Shown here piece by piece: positions 25,001-34,020 of a stretch of DNA of 64,000 nt; positions within the stretch are counted from its first letter, which is position 1; the number at the start of each line of letters is the position of its first letter. Source of the DNA: Heterodontus francisci (taxonomy: Eukaryota). The stretch covers positions 20,804,182 to 20,868,181 of the forward strand of contig NC_090410.1 in assembly GCF_036365525.1 (NCBI RefSeq), read 5' to 3'. The position numbers and the translations under genes were made by a program. The notes beneath the pieces were generated by a model that did not search any database, was not told the DNA's origin, and saw nothing but the letters and a program-made list of their open reading frames with translations.

Positions 25001-28000
25001 ATTGTTCAGTCACTGCCTCAGTACTCCAATGGAGTGTTTGCCAAGATTGTGTGTTCAGGTCTCTGGAATGGACCTTGAACTAAGTCTCTTCCAACTGAGC
25101 TGTTTCTTCACAAACCTGAACTGATTAAACAAATGAAGCTCAGTTATTTTTAAGTGAGCTTACAAGGATGCACATCAACTTGATAATTTTGTACACCATT
25201 AGTGTAAAACTCCTAGCTATACAAGACAATAGATTCTCTGCCTCATTATGGACAATGATAGAAGATTGACAAATGCTGTACCAAACTCCCAATGATAAAG
25301 CTGTCAGGAATTGTTCCCCATGAGGTGTGATGCAACTAACCCGAGGGAAGGGCTAGGCAGCTAATTTACAACATAATGGAGAGGAACCGACCCAGTTAAA
25401 GCCACTCCTGCTGAAACTCTGGGAGAATTCCAAGAATTGAGGGGATTATTTAGCATATGCCACGTCAAAATTCTGGGCATAAAAGTGATTCCCAGGGTGG
25501 AAGGTGCAAAAGATGACAACTTTGCTGCCAATTTCCTCACTTCCTATCCTAGAGCACCAGTATTAGCCTCCAATGCTCTGTCCAAGTGGCTTTTTGTCAG
25601 TTATGGGCCCAAACAGCAAGTAGCAACTGGACATTATTAGCCCAACCTCAGGTTTACTAACCCAATGGAAGGAGGTGGCCAGGAGTTGTCACGAGATAGT
25701 GAGCAGAAATCTAAATTTCCTCTCTGTACTCTGGGATCCTGAAACCAATCACAGAATCCCTACTGCCACTCAAGCAGAGATCAGAGATCAGTTATCAGGA
25801 CAAGGATCAGACCCAGGATCTCTGGTTGAAACAAATCAGTGCCATCTAAGGAAGAGCATTAACCCAGTATGGACCCCATAGAAAGACTTGCATTTAAATA
25901 GTGCCTTTCGTGACCTCAGATTCCAGAGTGCTTTGTAGCCAATGAAGTACTTTCCAAGTTAAGTCACTGTTGTAATTTAGAAGCTGCAACAGCCAATTTG
26001 CACACAGCAAGCTCCCACAAACAGTAATGCAATGACAAGATAATTTTATGATTTTTTTTTTAATGTTAGTTGAGGAATGAAACACTGAAGAACTCCCCTG
26101 CTTTGCTTTGAAATAGTGGCCACAGGATCTCTTGCTCCCGACTGAAGGGCCAGTTGGGGTCTTGGTTTATCAACTGAATACCGGCAACTCCAACCATGCA
26201 GCACTCCCTAAAACTGCAGTGGAATGTCTGCCTGGATTTTGTGCTCAAGTACCTGAACGCACAACCTTCTGTCTTAAAGAAAGAGCTACCCAATCAGCCA
26301 CAGACAGTATTTTCTCCTTTACTGGGTCCTATCATTTTTTTTTTTTTTTAATATATATTCCTTCATGGGATGTGGGTGCCGCTGCCTAGGCTAACATTTA
26401 TTGCCCATCAGGTGGTGGTAAGCTGCCTTCTTGAACCACTGCAGTCCATGTGGGGCAAGTACATCAACAGTGCTGTTAGGAAGGGAGTTCCAGGATTTTG
26501 ACCCAGCGACAGTGAAGGAACAGCGATATAATTCCAAGTCAGGATGGTGTGTGGCTCGGAGGGGAACTTGCAGCTGGTGATGTTCCCATGTATCTGCTGC
26601 CCTTGTCCTGCTAGGTGGTAGAGGTCGCATGTTTGGAAGGTGCTGTCAAAGGACCCTTGGGTGAGTTGCTGCAGTGCATCTTGTAGATGGTACACACTGC
26701 TGCCACTATGCATCTGTGAAGGAAATGAATGTTTGTGGATGGAGTGCCAGTCAAGCAGACCGCTTTGTTCTGGATGGTGTCGAGCTTCTTGAGTGTTGTT
26801 GGAGTTGCACCCATCCAGGCAGGGTGGTGTTCCACCACATTCCTGACTTGTGCCTTGTAGATAGACAGGCTTTGGGGAGTCAGGAGGTGAGTTACTTGCT
26901 GCAGGATTCCTAGCCTCTGAACTGCTCTTGTAGCCACAGTATTTATATGCCTACCCCAGTTCAGTTTTTGGTCAATGGTAGCCCCTAGGATGTTGATAGT
27001 AGGTGCTTCAGCGATGGTAATGCCATTGAATATCAAGGGGAGATGGTTAGATTCTCTCGTGGGAGGTGGTCATTGCCTAGCAGTTGTGGTGTGAATGTTA
27101 CTTGCCATTTATCAGCCCAAGCCTCTCTGCATTTCTACATGGACTGCTTCAGTATCTGAAAAGTCACAAATGGTGACGACCATTGTAATCAGCAAACAAA
27201 TTAACGAAGAACTGATGAAAGGTCACTGACCTGAAACATTAACTTTGATTCTCTCTCCACTGATGCTGCCGGACCTGCTGAGTATTTCCAGCAGTGTTTG
27301 CTTTTATTTCTGATTTCCAGCATCTGCAATATTTTGCCTTTATCTGAGCAGGTTATTGCTGAGCAAGTGCCGCTTGGTAGCACTGTCGATGACACCATCC
27401 ATCATTTTACTGATGATTGAGAGTAGACTGATGGGGCAGTAATTGGCCAGGTTGGATATTTCCTGCTTTTTGTGTACAGGACATACCTGGGCAATTTTCC
27501 ACATTGCTGGGTAGATGCCAGTGTTGTAGCTGTACTGGAACAGTGTGGCTCGGGGTGCGGCAAGTTCAGGAGCACAGGTCTTCAGTACTATTGCCAGAAT
27601 ATTGTCAGGGCCCACAGCCTTTGCAATATCCAGTGCTTTCAGCTGTTTCTTGATATCACATGGAGCGAATCGGATTGGCTGAAGACTGGCATCTGTGATG
27701 CTGAGGACCTGAAGAGGAGGCTGAGATGGATCATCCACTCATTACTTCTGGCTGAAGATTGCTGCAAATGCTTCAGCTTTATCTTTCGCACTGATGTGCT
27801 GGGCTCCCCAATCATTGAGGATGGGGATATTTGTGGAGCCTCCTCCTCCAGTTAATTGTTCAATTGTCCACCATTCACAACTGGATGTGGCAGGACTGCA
27901 GAGCTTAGATCTAATCCGTTGGTTTTGAGTACTATTCTGTCAGGAGGCAGCCTCCCACGTACTTTCTCCAATGTCGCTCTGCATCTCATCAGGGAGCATA

Positions 28001-29525
28001 GGAATTGTCCAAGTTTGATCACTTTTCTCATGAAAGGGAAATCTGACCTCCACTTACAGCCAAGACCTAGAGCTCAGCAAAGGCATAAAAGATTCCACAG
28101 CACTACTCAGAAAGCAGTGTCCTGGCCACTATTTATCCCTTAACCAGCACCCAAAAATCAGAAAGTCTGGTCATTATCGGATTGCTGTTTGTGGAACCTT
28201 GCTATGTGCAAACTGGCTGCTGCATTTCCTACATTTCAAATGCACTTGAAAAATGCTCTGGAATGACCCAAGTTGAGAAAAGTGATATATAAATACAGGT
28301 CTCTCTTTTTAAAGAGATGGTGCAGGCAAATCTGGATCAAATCACAAGACACCCAGTGAAACAGTTCATATCAAGTGATTAGATAGTGGACAGGATTCAC
28401 CCATTTACAATTCAAGCAGAACTTTGAGACATTCTGCACATTGGCTTGGGACTACTGGGTAGAAGCAAAGAGACAGACACAAAACACATTATAAAACAAA
28501 GGATGACAGCCATATAAGGTGATAATCAGTCAGATGACTGAAAGATTGGCCAAAGAGTTAGGTTTTAAGAAGTGACTTAAGGGAGGAAAGTGAGACAGGT
28601 GTAGGGAAGGTATTCCAGAGCTTGGGGGCGACTGAAACTACAGTTTTAACTCTTCCTACCCTAACTCCCCACAAAGAAACCTTGCTGGACTAAGCACTCC
28701 ACCACAACCCAAATAGTGTATTTCGATTTATGGACAGCAAAGGGTTAACTAGAAATAAACCATGAAAATGAAACCTGTAATACAAGCTGTTACCTGATGT
28801 TTGCTAAAGTCCTTATTCAGCTAATGAATTTACTAGACGAGATAATAGAAGTCTTGTGACAACAGTCTAAATGGTCACCATTCGACGTGACCCAGTATAT
28901 TTCAGAGCAATTCGAACCTTGGGATAAACCCGAAGTTTGAATTTTAATAATGACAGGGTGATTAGTATCAATAAAGTTTAGTTTGACAAGTTGTAATTTG
29001 TAGGCTTACACTTTATAAAACAGGGTGTGTTCGGTACAACAGGATACAAATAGATAGTTTAAACTCCACGATCCTAAGTTAGGTAAAATATCCTTCAAGA
29101 TCTGAGTTTGAAGCCACTGACGAGCTTAAAGTTCTTCAACCGGATTTTAGTAACTTGGTCAACCAGTTCTTTGCACAACTGGCCGATGTATAGTTTGAGA
29201 GTGTTGGCGAGCCACACCCGTTGAGCACAAATGGAATGAAATGTGGTCTGAGTTGGAATCGCATGCATATTGCATGTTAACACCAAGTGAGTGACAAAAT
29301 TATGTACTTGTTTACAAAAGTCAGCAATCTTGACAAACAAAATTAGTGACAAAAGAAATGGTTTTAAAACAGCCCGGGAGAGACGGTGTCATTTTAAACT
29401 CCTTATCTAAGTAGAGCGTGTAACGAAATAACTTACCCCATAACGCCAACCAGTCCTTTTAGTAGTTGGCCCGCTAGGTCGCCGCCGCCGCCACCACCAC
29501 CAAAAAGTGACCCAATCTTAAACAT
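1005..29525 (-). CDS. CAPNS1: Calpain small subunit 1-like gene (penta-EF-hand regulatory subunit), 10 coding exons, 675 nt CDS, 224 aa
   Basis: Manually spliced exons 29437-29525, 23421-23439, 20994-21086, 16244-16301, 12094-12158, 9426-9494, 8172-8250, 4460-4576, 2080-2138, 1005-1031, all GT-AG and phase-compatible. Product: MFKIGSLFGGGGGGGDLAGQLLKGLVGVMGQMTTGPAEQPRHISQVESYENEEERRFRQIFKSLAGEDMEVSPMELKNILNKIVCRHADLKTDGFSLESCRSMVAVMDADSTGRLGFEEFKYLWNKIKLWQAVYKRFDADQSGTINSQELPGAFKAAGYPLNDELYRLLYRRYANESGDMDFDNYIACLVRLDAMIRSFKALDKNDTGCIRVNIVEWLQLTMYS*, co-linear with vertebrate CAPNS1 including the Gly-rich N-terminus and the WLQLTMYS end. Confidence 0.95.
1180..1505 (+). mobile_element. Degraded tRNA-derived SINE (same family as 48972-49358)
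   Basis: gttcagatcccacc B-box-like head, ggttcatttatgccctttt core and agggatgggcaataaat tail. Confidence 0.6.
2080..2138 (-). CDS. CAPNS1: CAPNS1-like coding exon 9 (RSFKALDKNDTGCIRVNIVE), EF5
   Basis: 59 nt; ttgcag acceptor, GAG|gtaggg donor; phase 1 to 0. Confidence 0.95.
2190..2640 (-). mobile_element. L2-like LINE 3' fragment
   Basis: Translates ILVFKSLHDLTPSCLSNLL (L2 ORF2 C-terminus); same family at 10721, 38190, 57820 and 60530. Confidence 0.7.
2815..3025 (+). mobile_element. CR1/HER1-type LINE 3' fragment
   Basis: ERVVEADSIVALRKLDKYL motif plus atgggccaaatggcctcct tail. Confidence 0.75.
3465..4240 (-). mobile_element. CR1 3' fragment interrupted by a MITE-like DNA element (~3524-3766)
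   Basis: CR1 tail and ORF2 end flank a segment rich in cccgac/gtcggg subterminal repeats, with an imperfect ctgtata/ctgcata duplication. Confidence 0.55.
4460..4576 (-). CDS. CAPNS1: CAPNS1-like coding exon 8 (GYPLNDELY...DMDFDNYIACLVRLDAMI), EF4
   Basis: 117 nt; tctctccctcag acceptor, A|gtgagt donor; partly visible in ORF 4296..4547. Confidence 0.96.
4974..5271 (+). mobile_element. HE1-type V-SINE
   Basis: tRNA-like A/B boxes (cagtggctagc, gggttcaattc), V-domain gtggagtttgca...ggtttcctccc and CR1-derived tail gggccgaagggcctgttt. Confidence 0.9.
5368..5640 (-). mobile_element. 3' end of a second CR1-clade LINE (family B)
   Basis: Same sequence as the 3' ends at 15200-15500 and 33400-33715. 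Confidence 0.8.
6355..6950 (-). mobile_element. Young CR1/HER1 3' fragment nested in an older CR1 tail (~6080-6990, +)
   Basis: LYRTLVRPRLEYCVQFWSP and FTQRVVSAWNLLP motifs in ORFs 6717..6917 and 6482..6697; short gtaca duplication at the flanks. Confidence 0.9.
7595..7995 (-). mobile_element. Old CR1 3' fragment
   Basis: acagaaacaggccatttggccc tail and ttccccttaaatgcatct motif shared with 3780-4200. Confidence 0.7.
8172..8250 (-). CDS. CAPNS1: CAPNS1-like coding exon 7 (AVYKRFDADQSGTINSQELPGAFKAA), EF3
   Basis: 79 nt; tcctccgcag acceptor, G|gtgag donor; canonical EF loop DADQSGTINSQE. Confidence 0.96.
8405..8655 (-). mobile_element. tRNA-derived SINE fragment (family of 48972-49358)
   Basis: Reverse complement of the core and tail of 48972-49358. 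Confidence 0.75.
8675..9338 (+). mobile_element. Possible solo LTR, antisense within a CAPNS1 intron
   Basis: TG...CA ends, TATAAAA near 8997 and AATAAA near 9045 in LTR-like order; TSD not convincing. Confidence 0.4.
9426..9494 (-). CDS. CAPNS1: CAPNS1-like coding exon 6 (ADSTGRLGFEEFKYLWNKIKLWQ), EF2
   Basis: 69 nt; follows the U12-type acceptor; CAG|gtatg donor. Confidence 0.96.
9980..10720 (+). mobile_element. CR1 ORF2 3' fragment inside the U12 intron
   Basis: ORF 10157..10348 LYKALAKPQLEYWVQFWSPHFKK. Confidence 0.88.
10721..11840 (-). mobile_element. Two tandem L2-like LINE fragments
   Basis: AAFDTVDHTILL RT motif and LDFKILILAFKS motif (ORF 11480..11800). Confidence 0.75.
12094..12158 (-). 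CDS. CAPNS1: CAPNS1-like coding exon 5 (HADLKTDGFSLESCRSMVAVMD)
   Basis: 65 nt; tctctgccgcag acceptor; matches CAPNS1 HPDLKTDGFGIDTCRSMVAVMD. Confidence 0.96.
12522..12868 (+). mobile_element. HE1-type V-SINE, full length
   Basis: A/B boxes, V domain, (ctaaa)n tail. Confidence 0.92.
13365..14150 (+). mobile_element. tRNA-derived SINE interrupted by an inverted family-B LINE 3' fragment (~13417-13765)
   Basis: SINE head gttactggactagtaatccagagg resumes as gagttcaaatccc after the insert. Confidence 0.8.
14485..15505 (+). mobile_element. Family-B CR1-clade LINE, 5'-truncated, RT to 3' end
   Basis: [10 protein letters not shown] and FADD RT motifs (ORF 14488..14877) and YSPFAWMDAAPTTLKKLDTIQDKAARLIG. 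Confidence 0.9.
15700..16100 (+). mobile_element. Degraded CR1 3' fragment
   Basis: RFTKMILGL and FRSEIRKHSF motifs. Confidence 0.6.
16244..16301 (-). CDS. CAPNS1: CAPNS1-like coding exon 4 (DMEVSPMELKNILNKIVCR)
   Basis: 58 nt; tctttgcag acceptor, C|gtaagt donor. Confidence 0.96.
18858..19208 (-). mobile_element. HE1-type V-SINE, full length
   Basis: Reverse complement of 12522-12868; (ctaat)n tail. Confidence 0.92.
20994..21086 (-). CDS. CAPNS1: CAPNS1-like coding exon 3 (AEQPRHISQVESYENEEERRFRQIFKSLAGE)
   Basis: 93 nt; ctcttgttttatag acceptor, GAA|gtaagc donor; resembles CAPNS1 ANESEEVRQFRRLFAQLAGD. Confidence 0.94.
22262..22820 (-). mobile_element. CR1 3' fragment, relatively young; same subfamily as 55875-56485
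   Basis: VQFWAPHFMKDVRALERVQKRFTRMVPG...RRLRGDL in ORF 22221..23051. Confidence 0.9.
23421..23439 (-). CDS. CAPNS1: CAPNS1-like coding exon 2, 19-nt micro-exon (G-QMTTGP)
   Basis: Long C-rich pyrimidine tract then ctag acceptor, and CCG|gtaagt donor. It is the only candidate found that converts phase 2 (exon 1) to phase 0 (exon 3). Confidence 0.75.
24422..24757. mobile_element. MITE with 14-bp terminal inverted repeats
   Basis: TAGGGTTGCCAACT...AGTTGGCAACCCTA; a related end lies near 17618. Confidence 0.8.
25886..26290 (-). mobile_element. SacSINE1-type DeuSINE
   Basis: Deu-like core (ttgctgtgtgcaaattggctg) and L2-like tail aaggcactatttaaatgcaag; related copies near 15535-15660, 28050-28290 and 56945-57230. 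Confidence 0.7.
26345..27920 (-). mobile_element. Family-B CR1-clade LINE ORF2 fragment with a Penelope-derived insert
   Basis: KAVGPDNILAIVLKTCAPELA and PISLLSIISK motifs (ORF 27340..27738); 3' end near 26345. Confidence 0.88.
27200..27341 (+). mobile_element. Penelope-derived short element with a hammerhead-like core at its 5' end
   Basis: CTGATGA-A-AGGTC-act-GACCT-GAAA-CATT-AACT at 27212-27244; body matches the arms of 34959-35191. Confidence 0.7.
28050..28290 (+). mobile_element. SacSINE1-type DeuSINE, degraded
   Basis: gtgtcctggcc...atttatccct and gctatgtgcaaactggctgc core. Confidence 0.6.
29437..29525 (-). CDS. CAPNS1: CAPNS1-like coding exon 1 (MFKIGSLFGGGGGGGDLAGQLLKGLVGVM), Gly-rich domain V
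   Basis: ATG at 29525-29523; poly-Gly then amphipathic LLKGLVGVM; GG|gtaagt donor. Confidence 0.88.
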
Positions 29526-29616
29526 GCTGAATGCGGAGATTCAAACGAATGGAAGAAAAACTACAAGGGAGAAAAGAGACCAGGTCAATTACAGCGCAAC
29601 CGCGAGCCCAGATCCT

Positions 29617-29778
29617 CGTCAGTTTCAGGCCGAGCTACTGGATACAATGTTTCAACCGCGTCAGTTTCAGGCCGGGATACTGGATACAATGTTTCAACCG
29701 CGTCAGTTTCAGGCCGGGATACTGGATACAATGTTTCAACCGCGTCAGTTTCAGGCCGGGATACTGGATACAATGTTT
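29617..29778. repeat. 42-bp tandem repeat (~3.9 copies) in the inferred CAPNS1 5'UTR intron
   Basis: Unit cgtcagtttcaggccgggatactggatacaatgtttcaaccg starts at 29617, 29659, 29701 and 29743; copy 1 has two substitutions. Confidence 0.95.
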
Positions 29779-29863
29779 GAGTATTCTAAAAAAAAACCTC
29801 CTCAATACATTGTATTCAGGCCCATCGAACATAGACAAAAATCACCAAAGGAACTCTCCTTAC

Positions 29864-30060
29864 CAGTCAGGATCCAGCTAGATGCAAATGGCGCAGTCTC
29901 TCGGTTTCTGCAACCGGATTTGTGCGTGAAAAGCCGTCAGTCCGGTTCTGCTGCCCGTCCCCACCCACTGACGGTGCAGGCATAACCTACACTGGGTCCT
30001 AGTGCACCATCTGTTAACTGCAGTGAGGTTTGACGCGAGGTGGATTGCGGAACGATTTAA
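29864..30060 (-). promoter_or_regulatory. CAPNS1: Probable CAPNS1 promoter and non-coding first exon
   Basis: CpG-enriched unique sequence. Donor CTG|gtaagg at 29863 pairs with acceptor gtctcttttctcccttgtag at 29561, giving a ~300-bp 5'UTR intron. Mammalian CAPNS1 also has a non-coding exon 1. The TSS is not determinable. Confidence 0.55.
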
Positions 30061-30530
30061 ATCACAGGAAGGTGTCAATTTCTTTGTTGAGGGGGCGATA
30101 TATTAAATGCTTTCGTGCAATAAAGATTTGCTCTTTCTGGTGCGTTGACTCGCCTCTCAAAAACGTCTCAAAGCACTTCACCATACAATCAATTACTGAA
30201 AAGAGAGTAGGGGGCGAAAGGTGGTTACTCAGACTGAGAAGTTCCACAAGGTACTGGAACCATGGTTGTTCATAAGTTACATAGACAATTCTGACTCTGG
30301 ATTCGGAAGCACAACTTCAGAGTTTGTAGACGACACCACCAAATTGGCGGAGAGGGGTTCAGTTAATGCCGCCGAGAACTGCGACAAAATACAGGAAGAC
30401 ATTAATGTACTTGCAGAATTGGCATGTAATTGGTAAATAAACCTCAAAACAGACAAGTGTGAGATAGGTACATTTTGATAGGAAGAATAAGGAGGCCACA
30501 TGATCCTTGGAAAATCTGTGCTTAAATGGA

Positions 30531-31466
30531 ATATCCTGTGACTGATTGCAAGTCGTGGGAGTCAGTTGCCAGCGATCGCCAGAGCTGGCGGGCAGCCATA
30601 AAGACGGGGCTAAAGTGTGGCGAGTCGAAGAGACTTAGTAGTTGGCAGGAAAAAAGACAGAGGCGCAAGGAGAGAGCTGTGAGAATAAGAAATACTGAAA
30701 TGTTGTTTCTACAGCTTGTGGAAAGTTACCAAGAAGTCATTTGTACACAACATAATGAAATCACTGAAAAAGAGAACTGATAAGGGTATGTAAGTAGAGA
30801 CCTTAAGACAGTACATCACTGATAAAGAGAACTGATAAGGGTATGTAAGTGAAGACCTTGGGACAGTACATCACTTAAAAATTGTGCTTCGGCAGATAAA
30901 AGAGAAACAGCAAGAGTTAGAACAAAGGATGTAGTGAATAAGAAACTGCCCCACTAAGATAAAGGCTGACAGCTGCAAGTTAAAACACACAATGGAGAGC
31001 CAAATAAGGTAAAACAAAAACAAGAGTTAGGGGCTAGAAAGTTAGAGTAGGGGGAGAAGTAAACAGAGGAGGAGACTGTAGCAACCATAGGATAGGTTAG
31101 TGTCATAATACGTTATAACCAATAATGTAAAATAAAGGCGTGGACAAATGGATTTGTATTGTATAAACATGAACTGAATATGTTGATCGGTGTGCCTGCT
31201 TGTAGGACACCCGATCTTGCAAGAACGTTAAGTAAATTTACTTCTTCAGAGTTTGACTTGGTGTAAATTATTATCAAGTGGGCTACTTTTCTCACAGAGC
31301 CAACTGTGTAACAGCCCCGACAAACAAATTTCTCTGCAGCACCTGTGGAAGAGCCTGTCACTCTAGAATTGGCCTTTATAGCCACTCCAGGCGCTGCTTC
31401 ACAAACCACTGACCACCTCCAGGCGCTTATCCATTGTCTCTCGAGATAAGGAGGCCAAAGAAGAAG
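30531..31466 (+). mobile_element. RTE-clade LINE 3' end, split by a solo LTR
   Basis: WESVASDRQSWRAAIKTG...CSTCGRACHSRIGLYSHSRRC (RTE C-terminal zinc finger) and (gaa)n tail; close to 55535-55872. Confidence 0.85.
30678..31296 (+). mobile_element. Solo LTR (619 bp), ERV/LTR-retrotransposon type
   Basis: TGTGAGAA...TTCTCACA 8-bp terminal inverted repeat; perfect 4-bp TSD GAGC (30674-30677, 31297-31300); tandem ~55-bp U3-like repeat near 30768-30875. Confidence 0.9.
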
Positions 31467-33049
31467 AAATGGAGTAGAAGAGCACAGGGATATGGGGCAG
31501 TTACACAAATCACTAAAAAAGCGAATGCAGGTTAATACCATCCTTTTTTAAGGCAAACAAGGCATTGCAGTTTATTTCTGGAGGAATAGAATTGAAAAGC
31601 AGAGATTTATGTTAAATTTGTATAGAACCCTGTTAGATCACACTTGGGAAACTGTGGACAGTCCTGGTCTCCATATAAAAAGCATTTGGAGACAGTGGAG
31701 AAGGTGTTAGTCGAATGATACCAGAACTGAAAGATTATAGCCATTAGGACAGGTTGAAGAAGCTGGGGCTCTTTCACCTTGAGAAGAGGACTAAGAGGTG
31801 ACCTGATGGAGGTCTTTAAGGTGTGACAGGGTAGGCATATAGATGTTTACACTTGTGGGGGAGACTAGAATTATGACCTATAAATACAAGATAGTCACCA
31901 ATCAATCCAATAGGGAATTCAAGAGAAATGTCTTTATCCAGAGAGTGGTGAGAATGTAGAACTCACAACCACAAGAAGTAGTTGAGGTGTCCTCCTCACA
32001 ACTTGCTTTCCTACCTATCTTTGTATCATCAGCAAATTTGGCCACAATGCACTCAGTTCCTTCATTCAAGTAATTAATATAGATTATAAATAGTTGAGGC
32101 CCCAGCACTGATCCCTGTGGCACTCCACTAGTTACAGCTTGCCAACCTGAAAATGCCTGATTTATCCCAACTCTGCTTCCTGTTGGTTAGCCAATCCTCT
32201 ATCCATGATAATATATTACCCCCAACTCCATGAGCTCTTATCTTGTGTAGTAACCTTTCATGTGGCACCTTACAGAGTGCCTTTTGGGAAACCAAATACA
32301 CAACATCTGCTGGGTTTGTTTTATCCACCCTGCTTGTTACATCCTGAAATAGCTCATAATTTTGTCAAACAGGATTTCCCTTTCACAAAAACATGTTGAC
32401 TCTGCCTGATTGTATTCTGATTTCCTAAATGTCCTGCTACTATTTCCTTAATGATGGATTCTAGCATCAGGTCCTGGGGATATGTCAACTTTTAGCCCCT
32501 TAAGTTTTTCCAATACTTTTCTCTGCTGATATTAATTACATTAGGTTCCTCACTCTTATTAACTCCTTGGTTACCTCTATTTCTGGTATGTAATTTGTGT
32601 CTTTTTCTGTGGAGACAGATACCAAATATTTGTTCAAAATCTATGCCATTTCTTCATTCCTTATGATAAATTCTCATGTTTCTGCCTCTAAGGGGCCAAT
32701 GTTTAGTTTAGCTACTCTCCTTTTTGTATACTTGTAAAAGCTCTCACACTCTGTTTTTATATTCCTGGCCTGTTTACTTTCATTCTATCTTTTCCCTTTT
32801 TATCAACGTTTTGGTCATCCTTTGCTGGTTTCTAAAACTCTTCCAATCCTCTGACTTACTGCTATTCTTTGCAACATTATAGGCCTCTCCTTTTAATCTA
32901 ATGCTATCTTTAAATTCCCTAGTAAGCCATGGATGGATCTTACTGAGTTTTCTTATGGAATGTATTTTTGTTTAATATTTTGAATCATTTCTTTGGATAT
33001 TTTCCACTATTTATTTACGGCCATACCTTTTAAGTCTATTTATCCAATC

Positions 33050-33717
33050 AGCATCCTAGGGGCTACCATTGACCAAAAATTGAACTGGAGTAGCCATATA
33101 AATACCGTGGCTACAAGAGCAGGTCAGAGGCTAGGAATCTTGAGGTGAGTAACTCACCTCCTGACTCCCCAAAGCCTGTCCACAATCTACAAGGCACAAG
33201 TCAGGAGTGTGATGGAATACTCTCCACTTGCCTGGATGGGTGCAGCTCCAACAACACTTAAGAAGCTCGACACCATCCAGGACAAAGCAGCCCGCTTGAT
33301 TGGCACCCCATCCACAAACATTCACTCCCTCCACCACCAACGCACAGTGGCAGCAGTGTGTACCATCTACAAGATGCATTGTAGCAATGCACCAAGGCTG
33401 ACAGCACCTTCCAAACCCGCGACCTCTACCAACTAGAAGGACAAGGGCAGCAAATACATGGGAACACCACCACCTGCAAGTTCCCCTCCAAGTCACACAC
33501 CATCCTGACTTGGAACTATATCGCCGTTCCTTCACTGTCGCTGGGTCAAAATCCTGGAACTCCCTTCCTAACAGCACTGTGGGTGTACCTACCCCACATG
33601 GTCTGCAGCGGTTCAAGAAGGCAGCTCACCACCACCTTCTCAAGGGCAATTAGGGATGGGCAATAAATGTTGGCCTGGCCAGCGACGTCCACATCCCGTG
33701 AATGAACAAAAAAAAAC
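33050..33717 (+). mobile_element. Family-B CR1-clade LINE 3' fragment nested in CR1
   Basis: ORF 33209..33436 YSPLAWMGAAPTTLKKLDTIQDKAARLIG; A-rich tail near 33710. Confidence 0.9.
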
Positions 33718-34020
33718 CTTAGGCAGCTCTCCCCTCATACATATGTAATTGGCATTGTTTAAGTTTAAGATTCTTGTTTGGGACTGGAATATATCACTCT
33801 CAAACTTAGTATTGAATTCAGTTGTATTATGATCACTTTTTCCAGAAAATCTTTTACTATGAGATTACTAATTAAACCTGACTCATTGCACAGTACTAGA
33901 TCTAAAATAGTTTTATCCCTAGTTCCACGATGTATTTTTCCAGAAACTGTTGCAAAAGCATTTTACAAACCCATCTTCCAGACTACCTTTGCAAATTTTA
34001 TCTCTCCAGTCTATATGAAG

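Larger units (their letters stand above)
30215..31987 (+). mobile_element. Degraded CR1 RT fragment, host of an RTE insertion
   Basis: FVDDTTKL motif (ORF 30221..30436); sequence resumes at ~31467 after an aaatgga duplication. Confidence 0.7.

Noticed and set aside
28794-28820. 27-nt AG/GT-bounded candidate exon near coding exon 1
   Set aside because: Introduces an immediate in-frame TGA, has a weak pyrimidine tract and does not fix the phase.
29617-29778. CRISPR-like appearance of the repeat
   Set aside because: Units are contiguous with no unique spacers, there are no cas genes, and the context is eukaryotic.
29524-29985. 153-aa + strand ORF with repeated PRQFQAGILDTMFQ, plus overlapping ORFs in other frames
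   Set aside because: By-product of a 42-bp (multiple of 3) tandem repeat that is open in several frames, antisense to the CAPNS1 5' region.
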